DNA of 64,000 bases from Candidatus Poribacteria bacterium (GCA_009843785.1 VYCT01000339.1:4228-68227), one strand, 5' to 3'; counted from the stretch's first letter, positions 1 to 9,934 are shown. Notes: generated by a model not told the origin, from the sequence alone. Program-made: numbers and translations.

Positions 1-1
1 C

Positions 2-1765
2 GCTGCCAATGAACTATTGGCTTCAACCGATGATAGCGAGACGTGGAACGCATTAGGAACTCGACCTACGGGGAATTCTGTTGAACTCATCGTGATAGAT
101 GCAGCAGATGGACACAACGCACCCGAGCGTGTTACGATGTATCTCGCCCTTTTTAACAGAGGCGTTTTCCGATCTACCGATGCTGGAAAGCATTGGACAC
201 ACGTAAACAGTGGGTTGGCAGGCAGAAAAATTTACAAACTTGCTGCAATTGGAAACACGATTTTTGCCGGTACAGACAGAGGCCTGTACCGGCTCAACTC
301 AGATATTTGGGAGCAATTGCCGATAGATGCGTCCCAGACGATCCATGGCTTAGCGGTCTTTGAAGATAATCTCTATATCGGAATGGGTCCAAGTGTGCCG
401 CGGATCAGGTATGTTAATGGTTTGCGCACAGATAGGATTCTCCGATCAAAAGATTTAGGAGCATCGTGGACTGAGATAACACCTGAAAACGAATTCGGGC
501 TTTTCGCAGTACTCACGGGGAGAGGGCTATTAGTTGTCGGTGAAATGATCTTCGTATATGGGGTTGAACAGTTTCGTTCAAGAGATGGTGGGCAGACTTG
601 GACACAGCTTGGATTTGACGTAAATTCCCTCGCCTACGTAGCACATAATGAAAATACTTTATACAAAACTGGAGAATACGGTATTCATCGTACAACCAAC
701 GGGGGTGAATCGTGGCATCCGTTTATGGATGGGATGATCGGCACGGGTACCCGAGATATGGTGGCGTTCAACGACAATCTCTATGTGCATACTAACAGCG
801 GTATTGTTCAATCCGTTGATAGCGGTGAATCGTGGACAACCATTCCGGTGAATGCCAGCGAGCACGTACGTGAACCGTCAAAAAGGAAGCTGCCTGACAA
901 CAATTTCTATTGGGATTCAAAGTTAGTTATTGCTGACAATGTGCTTTACGGGATTGCGGCTGAAAAAGATAGTCTACGTATCTCGCGTTTATCTGTCAGT
1001 GATAATATGCTTGTGCCAATTCACGGAATACCGGCTTTTGATGGCAAAGATCTGTCCCCTGCGGTGTTGCAAGCGATACAGCAAGCACAAGGCATTGACC
1101 TTTCTGAGGATCCTGAAGCGGTTGAGGAATTGTACCTTATTGAAAACCATGCGAGAGCTGGGGCATTTGCTGTCAGCGGCGATACTTTCTATGTGGAATA
1201 CAAGCGGAAACTCTTCAAATGGAAACCGGGCGACCCTGAATGGAAAAATACCGGTTTAATAGATACTGGGAAACGCCCTAATGACGGTTCAAAAAATGGG
1301 TTCAAATTGGCGGTCTCAGCGGAAACCGTCTACGTCGGTAAGCGAGACGGTAGGCTCTTTCAGTCGCTTGATGGCGGAAACAGTTGGCGCGACATTACAC
1401 CCAGTCTGCCCCTGCGTTTTACTCAGTTCAAGGAGATCGCCTTTGTCGATTCAACGGCTTACGTCGCAACGGACAGCGGTATTCTAACTTCACAAACCGG
1501 CGCACACTGGCGTGTCCTGACCGATACCGCAGGTGAGCGTATCGTTATAGACAGATTTGCCGTTGGTGGCACCAGTGTTTATGGGGTTGGCGATGCCGGT
1601 GTCTATCGTCTGGATGACCGTAGACCATCGAAGCAGATTTATCCAAGCGTACCAGATAAAGTCCTCTCACTCGCCGTTAAGAACGACAAACTTTATATTG
1701 TTACCAGACATCACGGGATGTTTCAGATTCCACTTGAAGAAGGGCAAAGTTTAGTTCAAAAATAA
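2..1765 (+). CDS. BNR/Asp-box repeat protein (sialidase-like beta-propeller). It is 5'-partial: the frame is open to the window start.
   Basis: Repeated S-x-D-x-G-x-T-W motifs (STDAGKHW, SKDLGASW, SRDGGQTW, TTNGGESW, SVDSGESW, SLDGGNSW). The C-terminal ~150 aa are paralogous to the C-terminus of the 9935-12961 protein. There is no in-frame stop upstream of position 17. Confidence 0.75.
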   Translation, partial: AANELLASTDDSETWNALGTRPTGNSVELIVIDAADGHNAPERVTMYLALFNRGVFRSTDAGKHWTHVNSGLAGRKIYKLAAIGNTIFAGTDRGLYRLNSDIWEQLPIDASQTIHGLAVFEDNLYIGMGPSVPRIRYVNGLRTDRILRSKDLGASWTEITPENEFGLFAVLTGRGLLVVGEMIFVYGVEQFRSRDGGQTWTQLGFDVNSLAYVAHNENTLYKTGEYGIHRTTNGGESWHPFMDGMIGTGTRDMVAFNDNLYVHTNSGIVQSVDSGESWTTIPVNASEHVREPSKRKLPDNNFYWDSKLVIADNVLYGIAAEKDSLRISRLSVSDNMLVPIHGIPAFDGKDLSPAVLQAIQQAQGIDLSEDPEAVEELYLIENHARAGAFAVSGDTFYVEYKRKLFKWKPGDPEWKNTGLIDTGKRPNDGSKNGFKLAVSAETVYVGKRDGRLFQSLDGGNSWRDITPSLPLRFTQFKEIAFVDSTAYVATDSGILTSQTGAHWRVLTDTAGERIVIDRFAVGGTSVYGVGDAGVYRLDDRRPSKQIYPSVPDKVLSLAVKNDKLYIVTRHHGMFQIPLEEGQSLVQK

Positions 1766-1797
1766 ATTAGAACTTGGGCAGTTCGCGGAGGTGACGA

Positions 1798-2556
1798 ATG
1801 TTAGTGAAATTTCTAATCATTGTAACAGCCCTGTTTTTATTCACTGTCCCTGTTTTCGCAGGCACATTTTTGGAAACCTTTGATCGCAAAGAGTTGGACG
1901 GATGGCAGGAAATTTGGGTGGATAAGGGACCCGCTGTCTGGGAGATTGTTGATGATCAACTGCACGCAGAAAGTCGTGAGGCATATATTCATTTGCTAAC
2001 AACTGGGGATGACACGTGGGAAGACTACACTGTGGAACTTGATGTTAAGCCGCTAAAAAAGCACGGTATTGGCGGAATCTCAATCGCTGTGCGGGTTGAT
2101 AGAACTTGGTTAGTTTCCTGCGATATTTCTGATCCAGTGATTATAAGGGGGGATGATCCTCCGGTTCAAGAGGAACAAATAAGTTGTGGTGCTACTGGTT
2201 TGCACCGGCCACTGCCACCACGTGCCATTCTTATCGATGAACCGCACCCACTTTTAAGATTAAACAGATGGGCACATCTAAAGTTAAGTGTTGAAGGCGA
2301 TATCTTTACCTTCTGGCTTAATGGTGAGCAGATTATGGCACCTACGCAACTTCTAATTTTCAGGGGGATTGATGTCTTTGCTAAAGCTAATTTTCCAGAC
2401 TTTCAGACCGGCGGTGTCGGTTTTGGGCTCTGGAACTATACGGCAATCTTTGATAATATCACTGTCACGGGTGAGAGCGTTCCAAATGGCGGTGATTTCG
2501 CCGTAACGCCCCAAGAAAAACTGGCGACAACCTGGGGTAACTTGAAGAAATTTTAG
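1798..2556 (+). CDS. Secreted DUF1080/LamG-like (concanavalin-like jelly-roll) protein, paralog 1.
   Basis: Signal peptide, with RBS GGAGGTGA upstream. The GW..W..DG.L motifs and the terminal GGVGFGLWNYTAIFDNITVTG strand are typical of DUF1080-type jelly-rolls. The C-terminal tail is ...FAVTPQEKLATTWGNLKKF. Confidence 0.6.
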   Translation: MLVKFLIIVTALFLFTVPVFAGTFLETFDRKELDGWQEIWVDKGPAVWEIVDDQLHAESREAYIHLLTTGDDTWEDYTVELDVKPLKKHGIGGISIAVRVDRTWLVSCDISDPVIIRGDDPPVQEEQISCGATGLHRPLPPRAILIDEPHPLLRLNRWAHLKLSVEGDIFTFWLNGEQIMAPTQLLIFRGIDVFAKANFPDFQTGGVGFGLWNYTAIFDNITVTGESVPNGGDFAVTPQEKLATTWGNLKKF

Positions 2557-2626
2557 ATACACGGCGAAGCAGCAATCAGAAAATGTTTCTAAGTAGCTGC
2601 CGGATTATAAGGAGGTATTTATTGAT

Positions 2627-3621
2627 ATGAAACGTGTGCAAACTTACGTGGTATTAGGGGTGGTATTGTTAAGCAATCTGTTTGTCGGCGGCGGACAAAC
2701 GGCTGAACGTAATGTCATCTCTTTTATTTCCATAACAGGTGGAGATCGTCTCCTCTATCTCATGAATACCCGAGGCGAGATGCTCCGAAAACCTTTTGTA
2801 ATAGGGCCAATACGTTTGTACGGCCTGAGCTGGGCACCTGATGGACGTGCGTTTGCCTATTACTTAAGGCGAGACGGAAACACTGATATTTATGTGATGG
2901 ATGTCGGGACAAATGAACACCATCAATTGACTTTTGACGGTAGCAGAGATACGTGGCCTGTATGGTCTCCGAATGGGAAGTGGATTGCTTTCGTCTCAGA
3001 GCGTGACGGAAGCAAGGACATCTATAGAATGGATGCAAATGGAAAAATGTGAAGCAACTCACGAACATGGGAAGCTGCGGCAGACCGGCTTGGTCGCCAG
3101 ATAGCCAATCGATTGCGTTTACGTCATCATCCTTTCTTTTTTTAATGGATACCGAGGGTAAAAGATTAAAACGGCTCGTAGCAGCTGACCCGTTCGCGCA
3201 TTGTACGTGGTCTCCAGATAGCAAACAAATTCTTTTTTCCGCAAGCGTTGGTGGATGGGGGAGAGAGGAACTTTTGAGCATCGACGTAAATGGAGCAGGT
3301 CAACATCAACTCACCTGGTTAGATCGACCCGCATCCATCTCCGAACCTATCTGGTCGCCGGATAGGAAATGGATTGCCTATTTTTTGAAAGAAATACTGA
3401 AGTTAGAACCGGTTCTCGGACCTGGAAATTTTGATCTGCCGGTCATCTATGTCATAGATACAGAAAACGATGGACACCCGGAACCGCTTGAATCAACAAA
3501 AAGATTGGCAGCCTATTCGCTGGGGTGGGCACCGGAGGGGTTCCTCTCCGTATCTCCGAGTGCAGAGAAACAGACAACACTCTGGGGGAGACTCAAGCAA
3601 TCCGAAGATGCTTCCAAGTAG
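2627..3621 (+). pseudogene. TolB-like PD40 beta-propeller protein, split by a frameshift at about 3040-3052 (ORFs 2627..3052 and 3049..3621).
   Basis: The two ORFs are collinear with the intact paralog 6642..7634. The run 'aatggaaaaatgtgaagcaactc' here corresponds to 'aatggagagaatgtgaagcaactc' there, a 1-nt loss in an A-run. The signal peptide and WSPDG/DIYVMD PD40 repeats are present. Confidence 0.65.
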
Positions 3622-3801
3622 CTGCAACATTATAGGAGAAAGTAGTTACTTTCAAATAAAGGTGGAATCGGGGTTAGAAACCTCTCCTACGGCGAATGTT
3701 AATGGTGATGCTGTTGTGAATATACAGGACTTGGTGATTGTTGTGAATGCGTTTTAGATGTGATTTATCCTATAAATGTTCGCGTAGAATGGAGGGGACA
3801 A

Positions 3802-4557
3802 ATGTTAGTGAAATTTCTAATCGTTGTAACAGTCCTATTTTTATCTCCTTTATCTATTTTCGCAGGCACATTCCTGGATACCTTTGAGGACGGTAATTTG
3901 GACGGATGGCGGGAACTGGTTCCGTGGGATAGAGTACCGGGGTCTTGGGAGGTCGTTGAGGGTGGACTCCACGGGGCAGGTGATGATATATCTCTGCGTC
4001 TATTCACAACTGGAAATGATACATGGAAGGATTACACAGTCGAATTTGATGTCAGGCTCCTTAAAAGAAGACCCGGTTCCCCACGTATCTCGATTGCGGT
4101 GCGGGTTCAGGAGAAATGGATAGTGCAGTGCGTTATGATGGAGCCAGTAATCGTGTTGCCTGGCGGTGGCAATGTGCCAGAAAAAGGATGGGTGCATTGT
4201 TACGCTGGCAGTTTGAACGGTGGAAAAGTTAAGGGACTTCTCTTGGAACCGCATCCACGTTTAAAATTATTCAGATGGGTACATCTAAAGTTAAGTGCTG
4301 AAGGCAATATCTTCACCTTTTGGATTAATGGTGAGCAAGTTATGGAACCTACAGAACTGCGTGTTCGCAGAGACCGTGAAGGTTTTGAGGACTTTCCTGA
4401 TTTTCAGACCGGGGGTGTCGGTATCGGTCTCGCGAATTGTACAGCGCACTTTGATAACGTCACTGTCACGGGTGAGAGCATTCCCGACAGCGGTGATTTC
4501 GCCGTAACGCCCCAAGCAAAACTTGCCACAACTTGGGGACACTTGAAAAAATTTTAG
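3802..4557 (+). CDS. Secreted DUF1080/LamG-like protein, paralog 2.
   Basis: The start MLVKFLIVV matches the paralog 1 start, with RBS GGAGGGG 6 nt upstream. Same domain organisation; the C-terminal tail is ...FAVTPQAKLATTWGHLKKF. Confidence 0.6.
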   Translation: MLVKFLIVVTVLFLSPLSIFAGTFLDTFEDGNLDGWRELVPWDRVPGSWEVVEGGLHGAGDDISLRLFTTGNDTWKDYTVEFDVRLLKRRPGSPRISIAVRVQEKWIVQCVMMEPVIVLPGGGNVPEKGWVHCYAGSLNGGKVKGLLLEPHPRLKLFRWVHLKLSAEGNIFTFWINGEQVMEPTELRVRRDREGFEDFPDFQTGGVGIGLANCTAHFDNVTVTGESIPDSGDFAVTPQAKLATTWGHLKKF

Positions 4558-4591
4558 CGGCAACGGCGATAGCATTGAGAGGAGAATTATT

Positions 4592-5575
4592 ATGAAAATA
4601 GAACGGACCTATACATTCTTTGGCATAACACTCTTGTTGAGTCTATTTCTTTTCAGCATAAATGCTTGGGCGGATACGTATATCTCCTTTAGTTCCAATC
4701 GGGCTGGAAACTATGATGTCTATGTTATGGATATATTCGGAAACAATCTACGCAACTTGACGAATCACCCCGCTTATGACGGGGACGTAACATGGTCACC
4801 TGACGGAGATTCTTTCGCTTTTGTGTCGAACCGGGATGGACACCGCGATATCTACATTATGGATGTCGATGCGATAGCAACTCGACGATTGACAAATCAT
4901 CCAGAGGAGGCTACCCAACCGGACTGGTCCCCCGATGGAAACTGGATCGTATTCAAATCGGACAGAGCGAGCAGAGAAAACTATGATATCTACAAAATAG
5001 GGGTCAACGGTAGAAATCTACAACGGCTCACTAAACATAAAGCATACGATTCGGCCCCAGCGTGGTCGCCAGATGGGAAACAGATCGCTTTCTCTTCCCA
5101 TCGCGATGGAAGTACGGGTATCTTTATGATGAATGCCGAAGGGAAACATCTCAGGCGCGTTACACAAGCAGAAGTTAGAGCGATATCTCCGAGCTGGTCG
5201 CCAGACGGGAAACAGATCGCTTATTCTGCAAATTTTGCGGGCAGTGGTATCTACGTCCTGGATATGCTTAGGAAAGATTTGCGCCGCGTGACGCCTATGG
5301 GCATTTGGAGTAAGCACCCAGCGTGGTCACCCGATGGGGATTGGGTTGCCTACGATATGGAACCTGAAAAGCAGTGGGGCAACCCGAAGGAGTTGGATCA
5401 AAACATTTATATCGTCGGTGCTGACGGAGGTAGACCTCGCCAAATCACAGTGGATGCGGGGAAAGATCGTGATCCCGCGTGGGTCCCAGAGACGTTTTTC
5501 TCTGTATCCCCGAGCACGGAAAAAAAGACAACGCTCTGGGGTAGACTCAAGCAATCGGAAGATGCTTCCAAGTAG
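4592..5575 (+). CDS. TolB-like PD40 (WD40-like beta-propeller repeat) periplasmic protein.
   Basis: Signal peptide plus repeated '(D)IY.MD..G.N..RLT...A.D..P.WSPDG..IAF' units. The C-terminal tail is FFSVSPSTEKKTTLWGRLKQSEDASK. Confidence 0.7.
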   Translation: MKIERTYTFFGITLLLSLFLFSINAWADTYISFSSNRAGNYDVYVMDIFGNNLRNLTNHPAYDGDVTWSPDGDSFAFVSNRDGHRDIYIMDVDAIATRRLTNHPEEATQPDWSPDGNWIVFKSDRASRENYDIYKIGVNGRNLQRLTKHKAYDSAPAWSPDGKQIAFSSHRDGSTGIFMMNAEGKHLRRVTQAEVRAISPSWSPDGKQIAYSANFAGSGIYVLDMLRKDLRRVTPMGIWSKHPAWSPDGDWVAYDMEPEKQWGNPKELDQNIYIVGADGGRPRQITVDAGKDRDPAWVPETFFSVSPSTEKKTTLWGRLKQSEDASK

Positions 5576-5598
5576 ATACTGCATTATAGGCGGAATTT

Positions 5599-6612
5599 AT
5601 GCGTATGAAACGCACCGGCATTTATGTGGCGTTAGGAATAGCGTTTCTGCTAAATAGCAGTCTGTTCGTCAGTATTGGTTGGACGATTGAAACGGATGTC
5701 ATCTCTTTTGTTACAAGAAAGGACAGGGGGCATTCTATCCAACTCATAAATACTCAAGGCGAATTCCTTCAAAGACTCATGTTAGAAGGATCCATAGCCC
5801 ACTTCACTTGGTCCCCTGATGGACACTCAATTGCTTATAGTTCCAATAGAAATGGGGATCCCGATATTTATGTAATCGATGTGAGAACGAACACGCTTCT
5901 TCAGTTGACCTTCGATGATGAGAAGGATTGGTGGCCCGCGTGGTCCCCGAATGGAAAATGGATCGCATTCGCCTCAAATCGCGCAGGGGAGATAGATCTC
6001 TACAGAATGGACGCAACTGGAGAAAATATGATGCGACTGACGAATCAAGGGAAGTGTAAAAGACCCGTTTGGTCGCCGGATGGTCAATGGATTGCCTTTG
6101 TTTCAAAGTCCGCTCTTTTTGTGATGAGTGCTGAGGGGAGAGGGGTGCGGCGGCTCACAGATACATTTTCCACTGGCTGCACATGGTCGCCGGATGGAAA
6201 AGAGATCGCTTTTGTCCCACGAGCGGATGCTGTCGGGGGCACTGCTCTTTTCAGTATTGATGTAGATAGCAAAAACACGCGCCAACTCACTCGGGTCTAT
6301 AAAGGACTCGTAGCAATCTTTGAACCTGCGTGGTCTTCGAGGGGAAAATGGATCGCCTATCTTTTGGTTCAACCGTTAGAAAAACCCCCCGAAGGGCAAC
6401 TCGGTATCGCAGAAGAGTTTTTTGGTAACTCGGTCATTTGTGTTGTTAATACGGCAGACGTGGACGGTGGCGAACCCCTTGAAGCGACGAGAGAATTGGT
6501 CGGGAGCGATCTTCAATGGGTGCCGGAAAGGTTCCTCTCAGTATCACCGAATACCGAAAAGCAGACAACACTTTGGGGTAACCTTAAGCAAGCAGAGAAC
6601 GCCTCCAAGTAA
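5599..6612 (+). CDS. TolB-like PD40 beta-propeller protein.
   Basis: Signal peptide and PD40 repeats. The C-terminal tail is FLSVSPNTEKQTTLWGNLKQAENASK. Confidence 0.7.
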   Translation: MRMKRTGIYVALGIAFLLNSSLFVSIGWTIETDVISFVTRKDRGHSIQLINTQGEFLQRLMLEGSIAHFTWSPDGHSIAYSSNRNGDPDIYVIDVRTNTLLQLTFDDEKDWWPAWSPNGKWIAFASNRAGEIDLYRMDATGENMMRLTNQGKCKRPVWSPDGQWIAFVSKSALFVMSAEGRGVRRLTDTFSTGCTWSPDGKEIAFVPRADAVGGTALFSIDVDSKNTRQLTRVYKGLVAIFEPAWSSRGKWIAYLLVQPLEKPPEGQLGIAEEFFGNSVICVVNTADVDGGEPLEATRELVGSDLQWVPERFLSVSPNTEKQTTLWGNLKQAENASK

Positions 6613-6641
6613 CTGCCTCGTTATAGGAGGGATTTGTTAAG

Positions 6642-7634
6642 ATGAAATGCATGCGATTTTATGTAGTATTAGGGATGGTGTTATTGCTAAGTAGCGGTCT
6701 GCTCATCCACAGTGGTTGGGCAGATGAAAGGGACATCCTCTCTTTTGTTTCTGAAAAAGGTGGAGACAGTCCTATTATTCTTATGAATACCAGTGGCGCG
6801 ATCCTCGAAAGGTTGGCAACACATCCCGGACAACCATCCGAATTCACTTGGTCGCCGAATGGACGTTCGATTGTCTATGACTCCTGGCACGGTGGAAACT
6901 TCGATATTTATGTGATGGATGTGGAAGCAAATACACACCGTCAGTTGACTCTTGATGGTAGCAGGGACCAGTTGCCTGTATGGTCTCCGAATGGGAAGTG
7001 GATTGCCTTCGTTTCGGACCGTGCTGGGGGCAGAACCCTCTACAGAATGGATGTCAATGGAGAGAATGTGAAGCAACTCATAAACAAGAAAGATTGCCGC
7101 AAACCCGCTTGGTCGCCAGATAGTCAATGGATTGCCTTTGCTGCAGAACACTCTCTTTACGTGATGGATGCTGGCGGTAGAAGGTTGCGGGAACTCACAT
7201 GGACGACACGTTTTTCTGAATGTTCATGGTCACCCGATGGCAAACAGATCGCTTATATGTCAAATGCGCCTAATGGGGGCAGCGAAGTTTTCAGCATTGA
7301 CGTAAATGGAAAGAACCGCCGCCAACTCACGCAGTCGGACGGGCCGACACTCATTTGGGACCCTGTGTGGTCTCCGAGTGGAGAATGGATCGCTTATATC
7401 GTGGGCCAGATTCCAGTAGGCGGTGGGCCGGTAGATCAAATTATGACTAATGGGGTCGTCAGTGTTGTCAATACGATAGACGGTGCCGGTGGGCAACCGA
7501 TTGAGGCAACAAGAGGATTGCCAAAACAGTCTCTTCAGTGGGTGCCAAAACAGTTGCTCTCTGTATCCCCGAGTGCGGAAAAGCAGATAACATTCTGGGG
7601 TAAGCTCAAGCAATCCGAAAATATTGCCAAGTAG
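6642..7634 (+). CDS. TolB-like PD40 beta-propeller protein.
   Basis: Signal peptide and PD40 repeats. The C-terminal tail is LLSVSPSAEKQITFWGKLKQSENIAK. Confidence 0.7.
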   Translation: MKCMRFYVVLGMVLLLSSGLLIHSGWADERDILSFVSEKGGDSPIILMNTSGAILERLATHPGQPSEFTWSPNGRSIVYDSWHGGNFDIYVMDVEANTHRQLTLDGSRDQLPVWSPNGKWIAFVSDRAGGRTLYRMDVNGENVKQLINKKDCRKPAWSPDSQWIAFAAEHSLYVMDAGGRRLRELTWTTRFSECSWSPDGKQIAYMSNAPNGGSEVFSIDVNGKNRRQLTQSDGPTLIWDPVWSPSGEWIAYIVGQIPVGGGPVDQIMTNGVVSVVNTIDGAGGQPIEATRGLPKQSLQWVPKQLLSVSPSAEKQITFWGKLKQSENIAK

Positions 7635-7707
7635 TCGCTGTATATCGGAAAAATTTATTGCGACTTCCACATATCTCTTATATTTTCAACCTATTAAGGA
7701 ACGCACA

Positions 7708-8508
7708 ATGAAATTTGCTATTTTGATTATTGGAGGTATTCTCTTGTTCCAGGCGTTCCCTGTTTCCGCTGGCACGTTCGTTGAGACGTTTGATAACTTT
7801 AACTTAAAGGATTGGGAAGAAGTTAACGAGCGGAATGCTCCCGTTGGAGAATGGTGGGGCATCAATGGTATGCTGCACGCAGAAAACAAGGATAACGCGA
7901 TCCAAATGTTAGCTATAAAAGATGCAGCGTGGCACGATTATGAGGTGGAATTAGACGTAATGCCACTTGACAGACAGGGACGCGGGCACATTGTGCTTGC
8001 TGCACGAGTCAATCAGACGCATGCGATTGTTTTTGCGATTGGCAATATCTTCTGGAACGCACCCGCACCGATAGTTTCAGGCTTCATTTTTAACTTGAAT
8101 ACCGGAAGAAGGGTGGGGTTTCCATTGGTGCTTATGAAAATACAAGATTTGTTCAACGGACGCCCGCAAGGTGAAATTGTGGATGAGCTTTTGCGGGTTG
8201 GTGTGGTTACAGATATATGTACAACAATTTTACCGCATCCCTTTCTTGAAAGAGGGAAGTGGACCCAGTTAAAGCTGCGTATCGTCGATAAAACTTTTAT
8301 GTTCTCAGTTAATGGAGAGGTGGTCTTATATCTCACTTGTCTTTTTGACGGCTTCGCTTTCTTAAAAGAAGACCTTAATGTTGGCAGTGTCGGTTTCGGT
8401 CTTGCAGGCTATACCGCTCGATTTGACAATCTCAAGATCACCGGTGAAGATGTGCCAAATCACGGCAATTTGTCGGTCCAACCCCAAGGCAAATTGGCGG
8501 TGACGTAG
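7708..8508 (+). CDS. Secreted DUF1080/LamG-like protein, paralog 3. Its C-terminal tail is cut short by an in-frame TAG.
   Basis: The start MKFAILIIGG carries a signal peptide, and the jelly-roll terminal strand FGLAGYTARFDNLKITG is present. The sequence reads ...KLAVT* where the paralogs read ...KLATTWGxLKKF. The nucleotides after the stop still encode GQLKSEAF. Confidence 0.55.
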   Translation: MKFAILIIGGILLFQAFPVSAGTFVETFDNFNLKDWEEVNERNAPVGEWWGINGMLHAENKDNAIQMLAIKDAAWHDYEVELDVMPLDRQGRGHIVLAARVNQTHAIVFAIGNIFWNAPAPIVSGFIFNLNTGRRVGFPLVLMKIQDLFNGRPQGEIVDELLRVGVVTDICTTILPHPFLERGKWTQLKLRIVDKTFMFSVNGEVVLYLTCLFDGFAFLKEDLNVGSVGFGLAGYTARFDNLKITGEDVPNHGNLSVQPQGKLAVT

Positions 8509-8657
8509 GGACAACTGAAGTCGGAAGCGTTTTGAACCTGACATGTAACATTTACCACAACCGCAGCTGCTAACGACGCAGTGGGCGAAATTAAAAAGAA
8601 ATAAACTTTCACACCTTACTTTTTGTAAGAAGATGTGTCAAGGAGGAATTCGTTAAA

Positions 8658-9680
8658 ATGAAACATACTTTTCTTTATATAATGTTAGGGGTCACCTTGC
8701 TGGTCAGTAATGTCCTGCTTGTTAGCAATAGCCAGGCAGATAGGACCGGGACAATCTCTTTTGCTTCCTACATCCGAAGCCCTGACCTCTTTCTCATAGA
8801 TAGCACAGGTAAGAATCTTCGAGAACTCACAACCGATGATAGAAATAAGCGTTCACCGACCTGGTCGCCGGACAGACGTTTTTTTGCCTATCAATCCAAA
8901 GACGATAAGGGTCTTGAGATCTATGTGATGGATGTCGAAAGCAAGACATCCCGCCAATTGACAAATCATCCCGGTAGGGACCTGTCGCCTGTGTGGTCCC
9001 CGAATGGCAAATGGATCGCTTTTGTGTCTGACCGAGCCGGTGATCTGGATATCTACAGAATTGATGTAGACGGTTCAAACTTAAAGCGGTTGACAAAACG
9101 TGGAGACAACCAAAATCCCGCTTGGTCACCAAATAGTCAGTGGATCGTCTATGATTCCTATCAAGGCGGAGATCATCGTCCAGGCGGCGTTCCGGGAAGA
9201 CATTTCCTCTATGTAATGAACGCTAATGGGGCAAGATCAAAGCAACTCTTAGAAGATCTAAACATATCCGGATGCACTTGGTCACCTGATGGAAAGCATA
9301 TTGCTTTTGCTTCCGGGAATATAGGCGGTGATGGCGTGAATATCCACATCATTGATGCCAATGGAAATAACCGCCGCACGCTAACCAGAGTGGGTCCAAA
9401 TGCGACAGCGAGAGATCCAGCGTGGTCGCCTGATGGCGAATGGATTGCCTATTTTTTCGTGCGCTTGCCAGTATTGAATCCTGGTCAAGCAATTCCAATC
9501 AATCAGGCTTTTCAAAACAATGTCATCAGTGTCATAAATACTGACGGTAAAGACGCAGAACAACCGCTTGAGGCAACACGCAGACTGTCGACCGGTCCTG
9601 TGTGGGTACCAGAGGTTTTCTTCCCAGTTTCACCGCAACCGCAATCATTACCTACGCAGTGGGGGCACCTAAAAAAGTAG
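8658..9680 (+). CDS. TolB-like PD40 beta-propeller protein, a divergent paralog.
   Basis: Signal peptide and PD40 repeats (WSPDRRFFAY, WSPNGKWIAF and others). The tail is FFPVSPQPQSLPTQWGHLKK. Confidence 0.7.
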   Translation: MKHTFLYIMLGVTLLVSNVLLVSNSQADRTGTISFASYIRSPDLFLIDSTGKNLRELTTDDRNKRSPTWSPDRRFFAYQSKDDKGLEIYVMDVESKTSRQLTNHPGRDLSPVWSPNGKWIAFVSDRAGDLDIYRIDVDGSNLKRLTKRGDNQNPAWSPNSQWIVYDSYQGGDHRPGGVPGRHFLYVMNANGARSKQLLEDLNISGCTWSPDGKHIAFASGNIGGDGVNIHIIDANGNNRRTLTRVGPNATARDPAWSPDGEWIAYFFVRLPVLNPGQAIPINQAFQNNVISVINTDGKDAEQPLEATRRLSTGPVWVPEVFFPVSPQPQSLPTQWGHLKK

Positions 9681-9934
9681 TCGTTTTACGCCTACATAGG
9701 GTTTCCGCAAGCACCGGAACACAATACGTAGGACTCATGGAAAAATTACGTGAGTCCTACCTACGTTTAAAAAACACTTCCGAAAGATCCTATCTTGTCC
9801 AATTTATCTTATCAGAAGCTTTCCAAATCCTCCAGTATCAAATTTTTTCAAATCACGCACCCTTTCCGCCTTAAAATTGTATCATTAACATTTTGAATGT
9901 AAACACAATCACGTTTATACTTTAATCAGGGAGA

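Noticed and set aside
2760-3281. 173-aa minus-strand ORF.
   Set aside because: Antisense to the PD40 pseudogene pair. Typical shadow ORF.
3470-3757. 95-aa plus-strand ORF ending in a dockerin-like repeat.
   Set aside because: Most of it overlaps the 3' end of the PD40 gene in another frame. Only the last ~22 codons (dockerin repeat) are meaningful. Treated as a gene remnant and not as a CDS.
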